Shown: positions 57,082 through 64,000 of the stretch, piece after piece
Numbering within the stretch: the stretch's first letter is position 1
Layout of the letters: each line of letters begins with the position of its first letter
NCBI GenBank assembly: GCA_046329115.1
Contig: JAXLVG010000010.1
Location: forward strand, 84,482 to 148,481
Length of the DNA: 64,000 nt
Source of the DNA: Flavobacteriales bacterium
GTDB lineage: Bacteria > Bacteroidota > Bacteroidia > Flavobacteriales_F > PHOS-HE28
Direction of reading: 5' to 3'
Translations under genes and position numbers: made by a program
Notes under the pieces: model-generated
What the model saw: only the letters and a program-made list of their open reading frames with translations
What the model was told of the DNA's origin: nothing
Databases searched by the model: none

Positions 57082-57492
57082 GCGATGAACTCCACCATGA
57101 ACAAGTCCTGGTCATACAATGAGCTCAGTGGAGAGATCATTGGCGCTGCGATCGAAGTGCATCGGGAGCTCGGTCCTGGGTTGCTCGAAAAGGTCTATGA
57201 GGAGGCGCTTTGTCATGAACTACGACTGCGCGGCATCCCGTTCAGGCGTCAGGTCCTTGTGCCTGTTCTTTACAAGGGTGCTGAGCTGAAGGCTCCCTGT
57301 AAATGTGATCTCTGGGTTGCCGGAATGATCATCGTGGAGAACAAAGCGGCATCCGCGTTGACCCCGATCGATGACGCACAATTATTGGGATACCTGAAGC
57401 TCATGGACCAAAGGCTCGGCCTCCTGATGAACTTCAATGTCAAGTTCCTGAAGCAAGGCGTCCGCCGTATTGTGAACGGTTCGTTGGAATGA
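57082..57492 (+). CDS. GxxExxY family protein (PD-(D/E)XK-like small protein)
   Basis: ORF 57031..57492. The first 17 codons lie within a repeat element. Likely start MNSTMNKSWSYNELSGEIIGAAIEVHRELGPGLLEKVYEEAL at 57082 or 57094 (G-x-x-E-x-x-Y signature). GC is clearly lower than in flanking genes. Confidence 0.65.
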   Translation, partial: AMNSTMNKSWSYNELSGEIIGAAIEVHRELGPGLLEKVYEEALCHELRLRGIPFRRQVLVPVLYKGAELKAPCKCDLWVAGMIIVENKAASALTPIDDAQLLGYLKLMDQRLGLLMNFNVKFLKQGVRRIVNGSLE

Positions 57493-57533
57493 TCACTTAG
57501 GTCTTAAAGCGGTTCACTGACTAAGACCCCGGC

Positions 57534-57571
57534 ATTCCTCTGTGCCCTCTGTGCTCTCTGTGGTTGATCCA
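57534..57571. repeat. CACAGAG-heptamer family, copy 3 (single arm)
   Basis: cattcctctgtgccctctgtgctctctgtggttgatcc, directly downstream of the GxxExxY gene. Gives the same spurious MPSVLSVV peptide in the ORF track as copy 2. Confidence 0.75.
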
Positions 57572-57602
57572 AGGCCGCTTCAGCGGCCCATAAATTCGCA
57601 CC

Positions 57603-59048
57603 ATGCCCGCCACGCTCACCTCCCTCTTCACCCCCGCCAACCTGATCAACGGCTCCTGGTCGTTCGAGGGCGATGGCACCTTCAACACGGTCGTGGACAA
57701 GTACCACGGCACCGAGTTGGCCCGGATACCCCACGCCACCGAGGCGCAGATGGAGGAAGCGATCGCCGCGGCATATGCCAGCCGTGACGCGCTCCGGAAG
57801 ACGAGCGCCGGGGAGCGCAGCGCGAAGCTGGATGCGCTTGCTGACCGGATCGCGAAGCATGAAGCGGAGGTCGTCGAGCTGATGGTGAAGGAGGCCGGCA
57901 AGCCGATCGGTGCGGCACGGATCGAGGTCGCGCGCAGCATCACCACGGTGCGGACAGCCGCAGCGGAGGCCCTGCGTTTCAGCGGTGAGGTGACGCCGAT
58001 GGACTTCGGCGCCGGTGCAGGGAAGACCGCCTTCACGAAGCGCTTCCCCATCGGCGTTATCGCCGCTATCACGCCCTTCAACTTCCCGCTCAACCTCGTG
58101 CTGCACAAGGTGGCCCCGGCCATGGCAGTGGGCTGCCCCGTGGTGCTGAAGCCCTCACCCCAGGCGCCGCTCTGCTCCTACGTGCTCGCACGCTTCATGG
58201 AGGAGATCGGGTGGCCGAAGGGCGCCTTCCACGTACTGATGTGCGGTGTGCCCGTGGCCGAGAAGCTGGTGAAGGACGAGCGCGTGGCCATGCTCAGCTT
58301 CACCGGCAGCGACAAGGTGGGCTGGCACCTGAAGAACATCTGCGGCAAGAAGAAGCTCGCCCTGGAGCTCGGTGGCAACGCGGCGGTGATCGTGGACGCC
58401 GGCGTGGACCTCGCCGCAGCGGCGAAGACCGTGGCCGCCGGAGCGAACGCGTACGCGGGCCAGACCTGCATCAGCACACAGCGCATCTATGCGGTGAAGA
58501 GCGTCTCCGCGACTTTCCGTGACCTGCTCGTGAAGGAGTACGCAGCGCTGAAGGCCGGTGATCCGAGCGATACGCAAGTGACGGTGGGCCCCATCATCGA
58601 CAAGGGCCATTTCGAGCGCATCGGCAGCTGGGTGGATGAAGCGGTGAAAGGCGGCGCCACCCTGCTCGCGGGTGGCAAGCCGGTCGATGCGGATCGCAAC
58701 GTTTACGCCCCCACCCTGCTCACCGACACGAAGAACAGTATGCGCGTGAGCTGCGCCGAGGTCTTCGGGCCGGTCGCGGTGATCGAGGAGGTGGCCGACT
58801 TCGACGAGGCCATCGCCCGGGTGAACGACAGCACCTACGGCCTGCAGGCCGGCGTGTTCACCGACTCTGTGGCGCACATGAAGAAGGCCCACGAGGAGCT
58901 GGAGGTGGGCGGCGTGATCATCGGCAATGTGCCGGGCTTCCGCATTGACAGCATGCCCTACGGCGGCATCAAGGACAGCGGCCTGGGGCGTGAAGGCCTG
59001 AAGTACGCGATGGAGGAGATGAGCGAGCCGCGGTTGCTGGTATGCTGA
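57603..59048 (+). CDS. NAD(P)-dependent aldehyde dehydrogenase family protein
   Basis: 481 aa. Catalytic Cys region (GQTCISTQRIY), ELGGNAAVIV, and the Glu-containing LELGG block. Confidence 0.9.
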   Translation: MPATLTSLFTPANLINGSWSFEGDGTFNTVVDKYHGTELARIPHATEAQMEEAIAAAYASRDALRKTSAGERSAKLDALADRIAKHEAEVVELMVKEAGKPIGAARIEVARSITTVRTAAAEALRFSGEVTPMDFGAGAGKTAFTKRFPIGVIAAITPFNFPLNLVLHKVAPAMAVGCPVVLKPSPQAPLCSYVLARFMEEIGWPKGAFHVLMCGVPVAEKLVKDERVAMLSFTGSDKVGWHLKNICGKKKLALELGGNAAVIVDAGVDLAAAAKTVAAGANAYAGQTCISTQRIYAVKSVSATFRDLLVKEYAALKAGDPSDTQVTVGPIIDKGHFERIGSWVDEAVKGGATLLAGGKPVDADRNVYAPTLLTDTKNSMRVSCAEVFGPVAVIEEVADFDEAIARVNDSTYGLQAGVFTDSVAHMKKAHEELEVGGVIIGNVPGFRIDSMPYGGIKDSGLGREGLKYAMEEMSEPRLLVC

Positions 59049-59160
59049 GGTTCACCACAGAGGCACGGAGGGCACAGAGAAATACATCCGCTTGGGCGGT
59101 GTCCGATCTCATAGTCCGATCCGCATTCCTCTGTGTGCTCTGTGGCCTCTGTGGTTCACC
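59043..59160. repeat. palindromic intergenic repeat element, CACAGAG-heptamer family, copy 4
   Basis: ggttcaccacagaggcacggagggcacagag ... cattcctctgtgtgctctgtggcctctgtggttcaccc. Lies between the ALDH gene and the lpxD 3' end; the right arm reaches the lpxD stop codon. Confidence 0.8.
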
Positions 59161-60172
59161 CTTCGCGCTTCTCCAGCTTATCGATCCGCTCCACGATCTT
59201 GTCCAGGTTTCGGAAGTGTATGTAGCTCTTGCGGTACTTCTGCACCTCGAAGGCCGGTGAGCCCATGTAGGCCTCGCCCGGCTTGGTGTCCTTGCTGATG
59301 CCGCTCTGGGCCGCGATGATGGTGCCGTCCGCGATCTTCAGGTGGCCGATGATGCCGACCTGTCCGCTGAACATGCAGTTCTTCCCGATCTTGGTGGAAC
59401 CCGCCACCACGCCGCCAGCCGCGTAGTACGTGTTCTCGCCCACCTCCACGTTGTGCGCGATGTGGATGAGGTTGTCGAACTTGACCCCCTTCCGCAGGAT
59501 GGTGCTGCCCAGCGTGGCGCGGTCGATGGCGCAGTTCGCGCCGATCTCCACATCGTCCTCGATCACCACGTTGCCGATCTGCGGGATCTTGGCACCACCA
59601 TCGGGACCGGTCGCGAAGCGGAAGCCGTCGCTGCCGATCACCGTGCCGCTGTGGATGATGCAATTGGCGCCCACCACGCAGTCCGAATAGATGGTGACGT
59701 TGGCGAACACCGTGGTGTTGTCGCCGATCGTGACGTTGTCCCCGATGTAGCTCTGGGGGTAGATCTTCACGTTGTTCCCCAGCTTCACGTTCTCCCCGAT
59801 GAAGGCCAGCGGACCGATGTAGCAGTTGTCACCGTGGGTGGCGCCGGCGCTGAGCACGGCCTGCGGGGAAATGCCCTTCTTGTCGAGCTTGATCGTATTG
59901 TACATCGCCAGCACCTTGGCGAATGCGCCCTGGGCATCGGCCACGCGCACCAGCGTGGAAGTGACCGGTCCGGTGAGCTCGAAGGCGTTGCCGATGATGA
60001 CCACGCTCGCCGTGGTTGTGTAGAGGTACTGGGCATAGGCCGGGTTGGCCAGGAACGAAAGCGAACCAGGGCCACCCTCCTCGATCTTGGAAAGACGGGA
60101 AACGGTGGCGTTCGGGTCCCCCTCCACGGTGCCTTGGAGGAGCTGGGCGATCTGGGCGGCGGTGAACTGCAT
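59156..60172 (-). CDS. lpxD: UDP-3-O-(3-hydroxyacyl)glucosamine N-acyltransferase
   Basis: 338 aa. Left-handed beta-helix hexapeptide repeats. N-terminus MQFTAAQIAQLLQGTVEGDPNATVSRLSKIEEGGPGSLSFLANPAY. Confidence 0.9.
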   Translation of the reverse strand: MQFTAAQIAQLLQGTVEGDPNATVSRLSKIEEGGPGSLSFLANPAYAQYLYTTTASVVIIGNAFELTGPVTSTLVRVADAQGAFAKVLAMYNTIKLDKKGISPQAVLSAGATHGDNCYIGPLAFIGENVKLGNNVKIYPQSYIGDNVTIGDNTTVFANVTIYSDCVVGANCIIHSGTVIGSDGFRFATGPDGGAKIPQIGNVVIEDDVEIGANCAIDRATLGSTILRKGVKFDNLIHIAHNVEVGENTYYAAGGVVAGSTKIGKNCMFSGQVGIIGHLKIADGTIIAAQSGISKDTKPGEAYMGSPAFEVQKYRKSYIHFRNLDKIVERIDKLEKREG

Positions 60173-60230
60173 GGTGCCAAGGTATCGACCCGTTCAACGC
60201 TGCAAAAGCGGTGTGCGATCTTTGGCGCGT

Positions 60231-62027
60231 ATGACCGAGCTGGACGTCCGTGACAAGGTGAAGCTGCTGCCCCATCAGCCGGGGGTGTACCAGTTCTTCG
60301 ACGTGGAGGGCAAGATCCTCTACGTGGGCAAGGCGAAGGACCTGCGCAACCGCGTCAGCAGCTACTTCGCCAAGTCGCACCTGGACGGCAAGACCGCGGC
60401 GCTGGTGCGCAAGATCGTGGACCTGCGCACCATCGTGGTGCCCACCGAGTTCGAGGCGCTGCTGCTTGAGAACTCGCTGATCAAGGAGCACCAGCCCCGG
60501 TACAACATCCTCCTGCGCGACGACAAGAGCTTCCCGTGGATCCGCATCCGCAACGAGGCCCTGCCCCGTGTGGAGGGCATGCGCAATCCCGAGGAAGACG
60601 GCGCCGAGTACTACGGTCCGTACGCCAGCGTGCGCACCATGCGCACCGTGCTCGACCTCGTGCACAAGCTCTACAAGCTGCGCACCTGCAACTACGACCT
60701 CAGCCCCGCCAACGTGGCCAAGGGAAAGTACAAGCGCTGCCTGGAATACCACATCGGCAACTGCAAGGGTCCGTGCGAAGGGCTGCAGTCGGCGGAGGAA
60801 TACGAGGCGAACGTGGCGCTCGTGAGGCAGATCGTGAAGGGACGCGTGAACGGCGTGCAAAAGCTGCTGAAGGAGCTGATGCATGCACACGCCGAAAAAC
60901 TCGAGTTCGAGGAGGCCGAGGAGCTACGGGAGAAGATCGCGCGGATCGAGCAGTACCGCTCGCGCAGCATCGTGGTGAACCCCGACATCGGCGACGTGGA
61001 CGTGTTCGGCATGGCCGGCGACACCAGTGGCATGTGCGTGAACTACATGCGCGTGATCGATGGCGCGGTGGTGCACGGCATCACCATCGAGCTGAAGCGC
61101 CGGCTCGACGAGACCGAGGAGGAGCTGCTGCAGCTGGCCATCGCCGAGCTGCGCCAGCGCTACCAGAGCAACGCGTCCGAGGCCATCGTGCCCTTCGACC
61201 CGGGGCTGGAGGTGCCAGGCGTGCAATTCACCGTGCCCCAGCGTGGCGACAAGAAGCAGCTGCTGGAGCTCTGCGAGCGCAACGCCAACTTCTTCTTCCT
61301 CGACAAGCAAAAGCAGGAGAAGCTGGTGGATCCCGAGGCCGCCACCAACCGCATCCTTGAGCAGATGAAGCAGGACCTGCGCCTGCAAGAGCTGCCGCGC
61401 CACATCGAGTGCTTCGACAACAGCAACACCCAGGGCACCGACCCGGTGAGCGCCTGCGTGGTGTTCAGGGACGCCAAGCCCAGCAAGAAGGACTATCGGC
61501 ACTTCAACATCCGCACCGTGGAAGGTCCGGATGACTTCGCCAGCATGGAGGAAGCGGTGGAACGGCGCTACAGCAGGTTGATCAAGGAAGGCGAGCCTCT
61601 GCCCCAGTTGGTGGTGATCGACGGCGGCAAGGGTCAGTTGGGTGCCGCGCTGAACGTGTTCGACCGGCTCGGTCTCCGGGGCAAGGTGGCCTTGGTCGGC
61701 ATCGCGAAGCGGCTGGAGGAGCTGTACTTCCCCGGGGACCCCGTTCCCCTGCACATCGACAAGCGCAGCAGCACCCTGAAGGTGATCCAACAGATGCGCG
61801 ACGAGGCGCACCGCTTCGGCATCACGCACCACCGTGGCAAGCGCAGCAAGCGCATCGTGCGTACCGCACTGCAGGACATACCGGGCATCGGTCCGGAGAC
61901 GGCGCGCAAGTTGATCGTGCGCTTCGGCAGTATCAAGGGTGTTCAGGAGGCTTCGCTGGACCAGCTCATCGCCGAGGTGGGCGAGCGCAAGGCGGCGTTG
62001 CTGAAGGAACGCTTGAACGCGCAGTGA
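60231..62027 (+). CDS. uvrC: excinuclease ABC subunit C
   Basis: Part of ORF 60045..62027, from ATG 60231 (MTELDVRDKVKLLPHQPGVYQFFDVEGKILYVGKAKDLRNRVSSYF, GIY-YIG domain). UvrBC-interaction region and C-terminal RNaseH-like/HhH domains. 598 aa. Confidence 0.92.
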   Translation: MTELDVRDKVKLLPHQPGVYQFFDVEGKILYVGKAKDLRNRVSSYFAKSHLDGKTAALVRKIVDLRTIVVPTEFEALLLENSLIKEHQPRYNILLRDDKSFPWIRIRNEALPRVEGMRNPEEDGAEYYGPYASVRTMRTVLDLVHKLYKLRTCNYDLSPANVAKGKYKRCLEYHIGNCKGPCEGLQSAEEYEANVALVRQIVKGRVNGVQKLLKELMHAHAEKLEFEEAEELREKIARIEQYRSRSIVVNPDIGDVDVFGMAGDTSGMCVNYMRVIDGAVVHGITIELKRRLDETEEELLQLAIAELRQRYQSNASEAIVPFDPGLEVPGVQFTVPQRGDKKQLLELCERNANFFFLDKQKQEKLVDPEAATNRILEQMKQDLRLQELPRHIECFDNSNTQGTDPVSACVVFRDAKPSKKDYRHFNIRTVEGPDDFASMEEAVERRYSRLIKEGEPLPQLVVIDGGKGQLGAALNVFDRLGLRGKVALVGIAKRLEELYFPGDPVPLHIDKRSSTLKVIQQMRDEAHRFGITHHRGKRSKRIVRTALQDIPGIGPETARKLIVRFGSIKGVQEASLDQLIAEVGERKAALLKERLNAQ

Positions 62028-63025
62028 TGGCGCAGGTCACCATCCTCCTTCCCTTCCGCAACGCGGCCCGCACCCTGGATGCCGCCATCGCCTCCATCGC
62101 GGAGCAGTCCTTCGGCGACTGGCACCTGTTGCTGATCGACAACGCGAGCACCGACGATGGTCCAGCGATCGCCGCGCGCTGGGCGCGAACGGATGGCCGC
62201 ATCACACTTCTGACCGAACCCACCATCGGGATCGCGCACGCGCTCAATGCCGGACTGGCACACTCGACAACGCCCTTGATCGCCCGGATGGATGCGGATG
62301 ATGTGTGCCATCCTGATCGGCTTGCCCGGCAGGCGGCCTACCTGGACGCGCACCCGGAGGTCGGTGTGCTCGGCACGCGCACGGTGTTCGCCACCACGGT
62401 GGAGAAGAGCAGCGGTATGGCCTGGTACGTTGAATGGCAGAACGCCATCCTCACACCACATGACCACTACGTAAAACGCTTCGTGGATGCTCCGCTGGCG
62501 CACCCCACGGTGATGTTGCGCCGCGCATTGGTGGAGCAGCTTGGCGACTACAGCACGGAGCCCCTTCCCGAGGACCATGAGCTGTGGCTGCGCTGGATGG
62601 ACGCCGGCGTGCGCTTCGCGAAGCTGCCCGAGACCCTGCTCACCTGGAACGACCATGCCGAGCGCCTGAGCCGCACGCACCCCAACTACAGCATCAATGC
62701 CTTCTTCCGTACCAAGGCGAAGTGGCTGGCGCGGTGGATCCGGCGGCAGACCCCTGATCGGCCGGTGATCATCGCGGGCACCAGTGGATTGTGCCAGGCC
62801 CGCACCGCGCTGCTCGAGGCCGAGGGCATCGTGGTAACGGCCTACACCGACGTGAAACCCCGCGAGGTGCCCGGCTATGCGTTCATCCCGCACGATGCGC
62901 TCCCACCGCGTGGCGAGGCCCTGATCGTGTCCTTCATCTCGCAACGGGGAACCGGCGACCGCATCGCGGCATACTTCACCGGCATGGGACTCGTGGAGGG
63001 CGAGGACTTCATCCTGGCCGCCTAG
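62027..63025 (+). CDS. glycosyltransferase family 2 protein
   Basis: The track ORF begins with GTG at 62024; ATG at 62027 overlaps the uvrC stop. VTILLPFRNAARTLDAAIASIAEQSFGDWHLLLIDNASTDD and a DAD-type motif (ARMDADDV). Confidence 0.8.
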   Translation: MAQVTILLPFRNAARTLDAAIASIAEQSFGDWHLLLIDNASTDDGPAIAARWARTDGRITLLTEPTIGIAHALNAGLAHSTTPLIARMDADDVCHPDRLARQAAYLDAHPEVGVLGTRTVFATTVEKSSGMAWYVEWQNAILTPHDHYVKRFVDAPLAHPTVMLRRALVEQLGDYSTEPLPEDHELWLRWMDAGVRFAKLPETLLTWNDHAERLSRTHPNYSINAFFRTKAKWLARWIRRQTPDRPVIIAGTSGLCQARTALLEAEGIVVTAYTDVKPREVPGYAFIPHDALPPRGEALIVSFISQRGTGDRIAAYFTGMGLVEGEDFILAA

Positions 63026-63046
63026 TCGCCAGTACCTTTCCGCACC

Positions 63047-64000
63047 ATGGTCACGCCACCTGTGTTCACGGACCAGCACATGGAACGGCTGCGCGCCTTC
63101 CATGCGAACGGGGCCACACGCCCGGCCACTTTCCGCCGCAAGGCCTTGCAGGCGCTTGACCGGTCGCTACGCGCCGAAGAGAACGCGTTGCTCGCGGCCA
63201 TGCACGCGGACATGGGCAAGCCCGTGTTCGAAGCGTACATGAGCGATGTGGGCCTCGTGTACAAGGAACTGAACCATGCGCTGGAGCATCTGGACGCATG
63301 GATGCGGCCCACCGCGGTGCCCACGCCCACCGCGCTGCAACCCGCGTCCAGCAAGGTGCACAAGGAGCCGCTCGGCGTGGTGCTCATCATCGCACCCTGG
63401 AACTATCCAGCACTGCTGCTCCTGTCCCCGCTCATCGGCGCCATCGCCGCCGGCAACTGCGCCGTGGTGAAGCCGAGCAACGAGGCGCCGCGGACCGCTG
63501 CGGTACTGGAACGCATCGTACGGAACGCGTTCGCGGAAGAGCACGTCACCCTGGTGCAGGGGCCCGGACGATCGATCGGCCCCGCGTTGATCGAACGGCA
63601 TCGCTTCGACCACATCTTCTTCACCGGAAGTGCGGCGGTGGGTGCGCAGGTGATGGCGATGGCCGCGCGGCACCTCACGCCCGTCACCCTGGAGCTGGGT
63701 GGCAAGAGCCCGGCGATCGTGGACCGCCGCGTGGACCTGCGGGTGGCGGCAGGGCGCGTGGCCTGGAGCAAGTTCTTCAACGCCGGACAGACCTGCATCG
63801 CCACCGATCACGCCTTCGTGCACGCGGACGTCCTTGAGCCGTTCCTGCAGGAATTGCAGCGGTCCGTGCAGCGCTTCTACGGCAGCGATCCGCGCCAGAG
63901 CCCGCACTTCGCGAGGCTGGTGAACACGCGGCGCTTCAACACTGTAAAGGGATACCTCGGCGAGGGCCGCATCCACATCGGCGGGGAGCACGATGCGGGT
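63047..64000 (+). CDS. aldehyde dehydrogenase family protein (ALDH3-like), 3' end beyond the window
   Basis: Open frame from ATG 63047 to the window end; it has no stop, so it is absent from the ORF track. MVTPPVFTDQHMERLRAF...EPLGVVLIIAPWNYPA...VTLELGGKSPAIVD...NAGQTCIATDH are ALDH signatures. Confidence 0.8.
   Translation, partial: MVTPPVFTDQHMERLRAFHANGATRPATFRRKALQALDRSLRAEENALLAAMHADMGKPVFEAYMSDVGLVYKELNHALEHLDAWMRPTAVPTPTALQPASSKVHKEPLGVVLIIAPWNYPALLLLSPLIGAIAAGNCAVVKPSNEAPRTAAVLERIVRNAFAEEHVTLVQGPGRSIGPALIERHRFDHIFFTGSAAVGAQVMAMAARHLTPVTLELGGKSPAIVDRRVDLRVAAGRVAWSKFFNAGQTCIATDHAFVHADVLEPFLQELQRSVQRFYGSDPRQSPHFARLVNTRRFNTVKGYLGEGRIHIGGEHDAG

Noticed and set aside
43434-59160. Possibility that the CACAGAG-containing repeats are a CRISPR array
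   Set aside because: Copies are kilobases apart, each forms an inverted-repeat palindrome rather than direct repeats separated by unique spacers, and no cas genes are nearby.

Overview
High-GC (~68%) chromosomal segment from a probable Bacteroidota-lineage organism. Evidence for the lineage: several proteins with T9SS C-terminal sorting domains, an ileS-dksA-lspA arrangement, a short-form NuoG, and an exbB-exbD-exbD-tonB cluster. Core content: housekeeping genes (cvpA-like, hemN, pgk, holB, asd, ileS, lspA, lpxD, uvrC), a complex I block nuoG-H-I / nuoJ-K-L-M-N, a TonB/ExbB/ExbD energy-transduction cluster, a MarR-TolC-MFP-RND efflux operon, and a nitrogen/polyamine-type cluster (class-III aminotransferase, C-N hydrolase, large Orn/Lys/Arg decarboxylase, ATP-grasp ligase, C45 Ntn-hydrolase, two aldehyde dehydrogenases). 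No rRNA, tRNA or CRISPR array was recognised. Unusual content: (1) two small toxin-antitoxin cassettes (VapBC; addiction-module antitoxin plus frameshifted ParE) each flanked by an imperfect direct duplication of the end of the adjacent housekeeping gene (GNAT 5' end; nuoN 3' end), resembling attL/attR scars but without an integrase; (2) a family of ~100-bp palindromic intergenic repeat elements built from CACAGAG/CTCTGTG heptamers (4 copies), bracketing a low-GC GxxExxY gene and an aldehyde dehydrogenase; (3) histone-H1-like lysine/alanine/proline-rich tails on three unrelated proteins (DksA/TraR, a VOC enzyme, an ATP-grasp ligase); (4) a tandemly duplicated TonB-ExbD pair split by a T9SS cargo gene carrying a CXXCH motif; (5) an array of CATGTGCCCATG palindromic motifs between divergent pgk and holB; (6) an nhaD antiporter gene, on the opposite strand, splitting nuoI from nuoJ; (7) a decarboxylase / ATP-grasp / C45-acyltransferase trio that could be an uncharacterised polyamine-amide pathway. 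The long ORFs antisense to the nuo genes, ileS and pgk are high-GC artefacts. Coordinates derived from in-frame Met positions are reliable to the codon; a few ORF-track starts are GTG/TTG and are noted.
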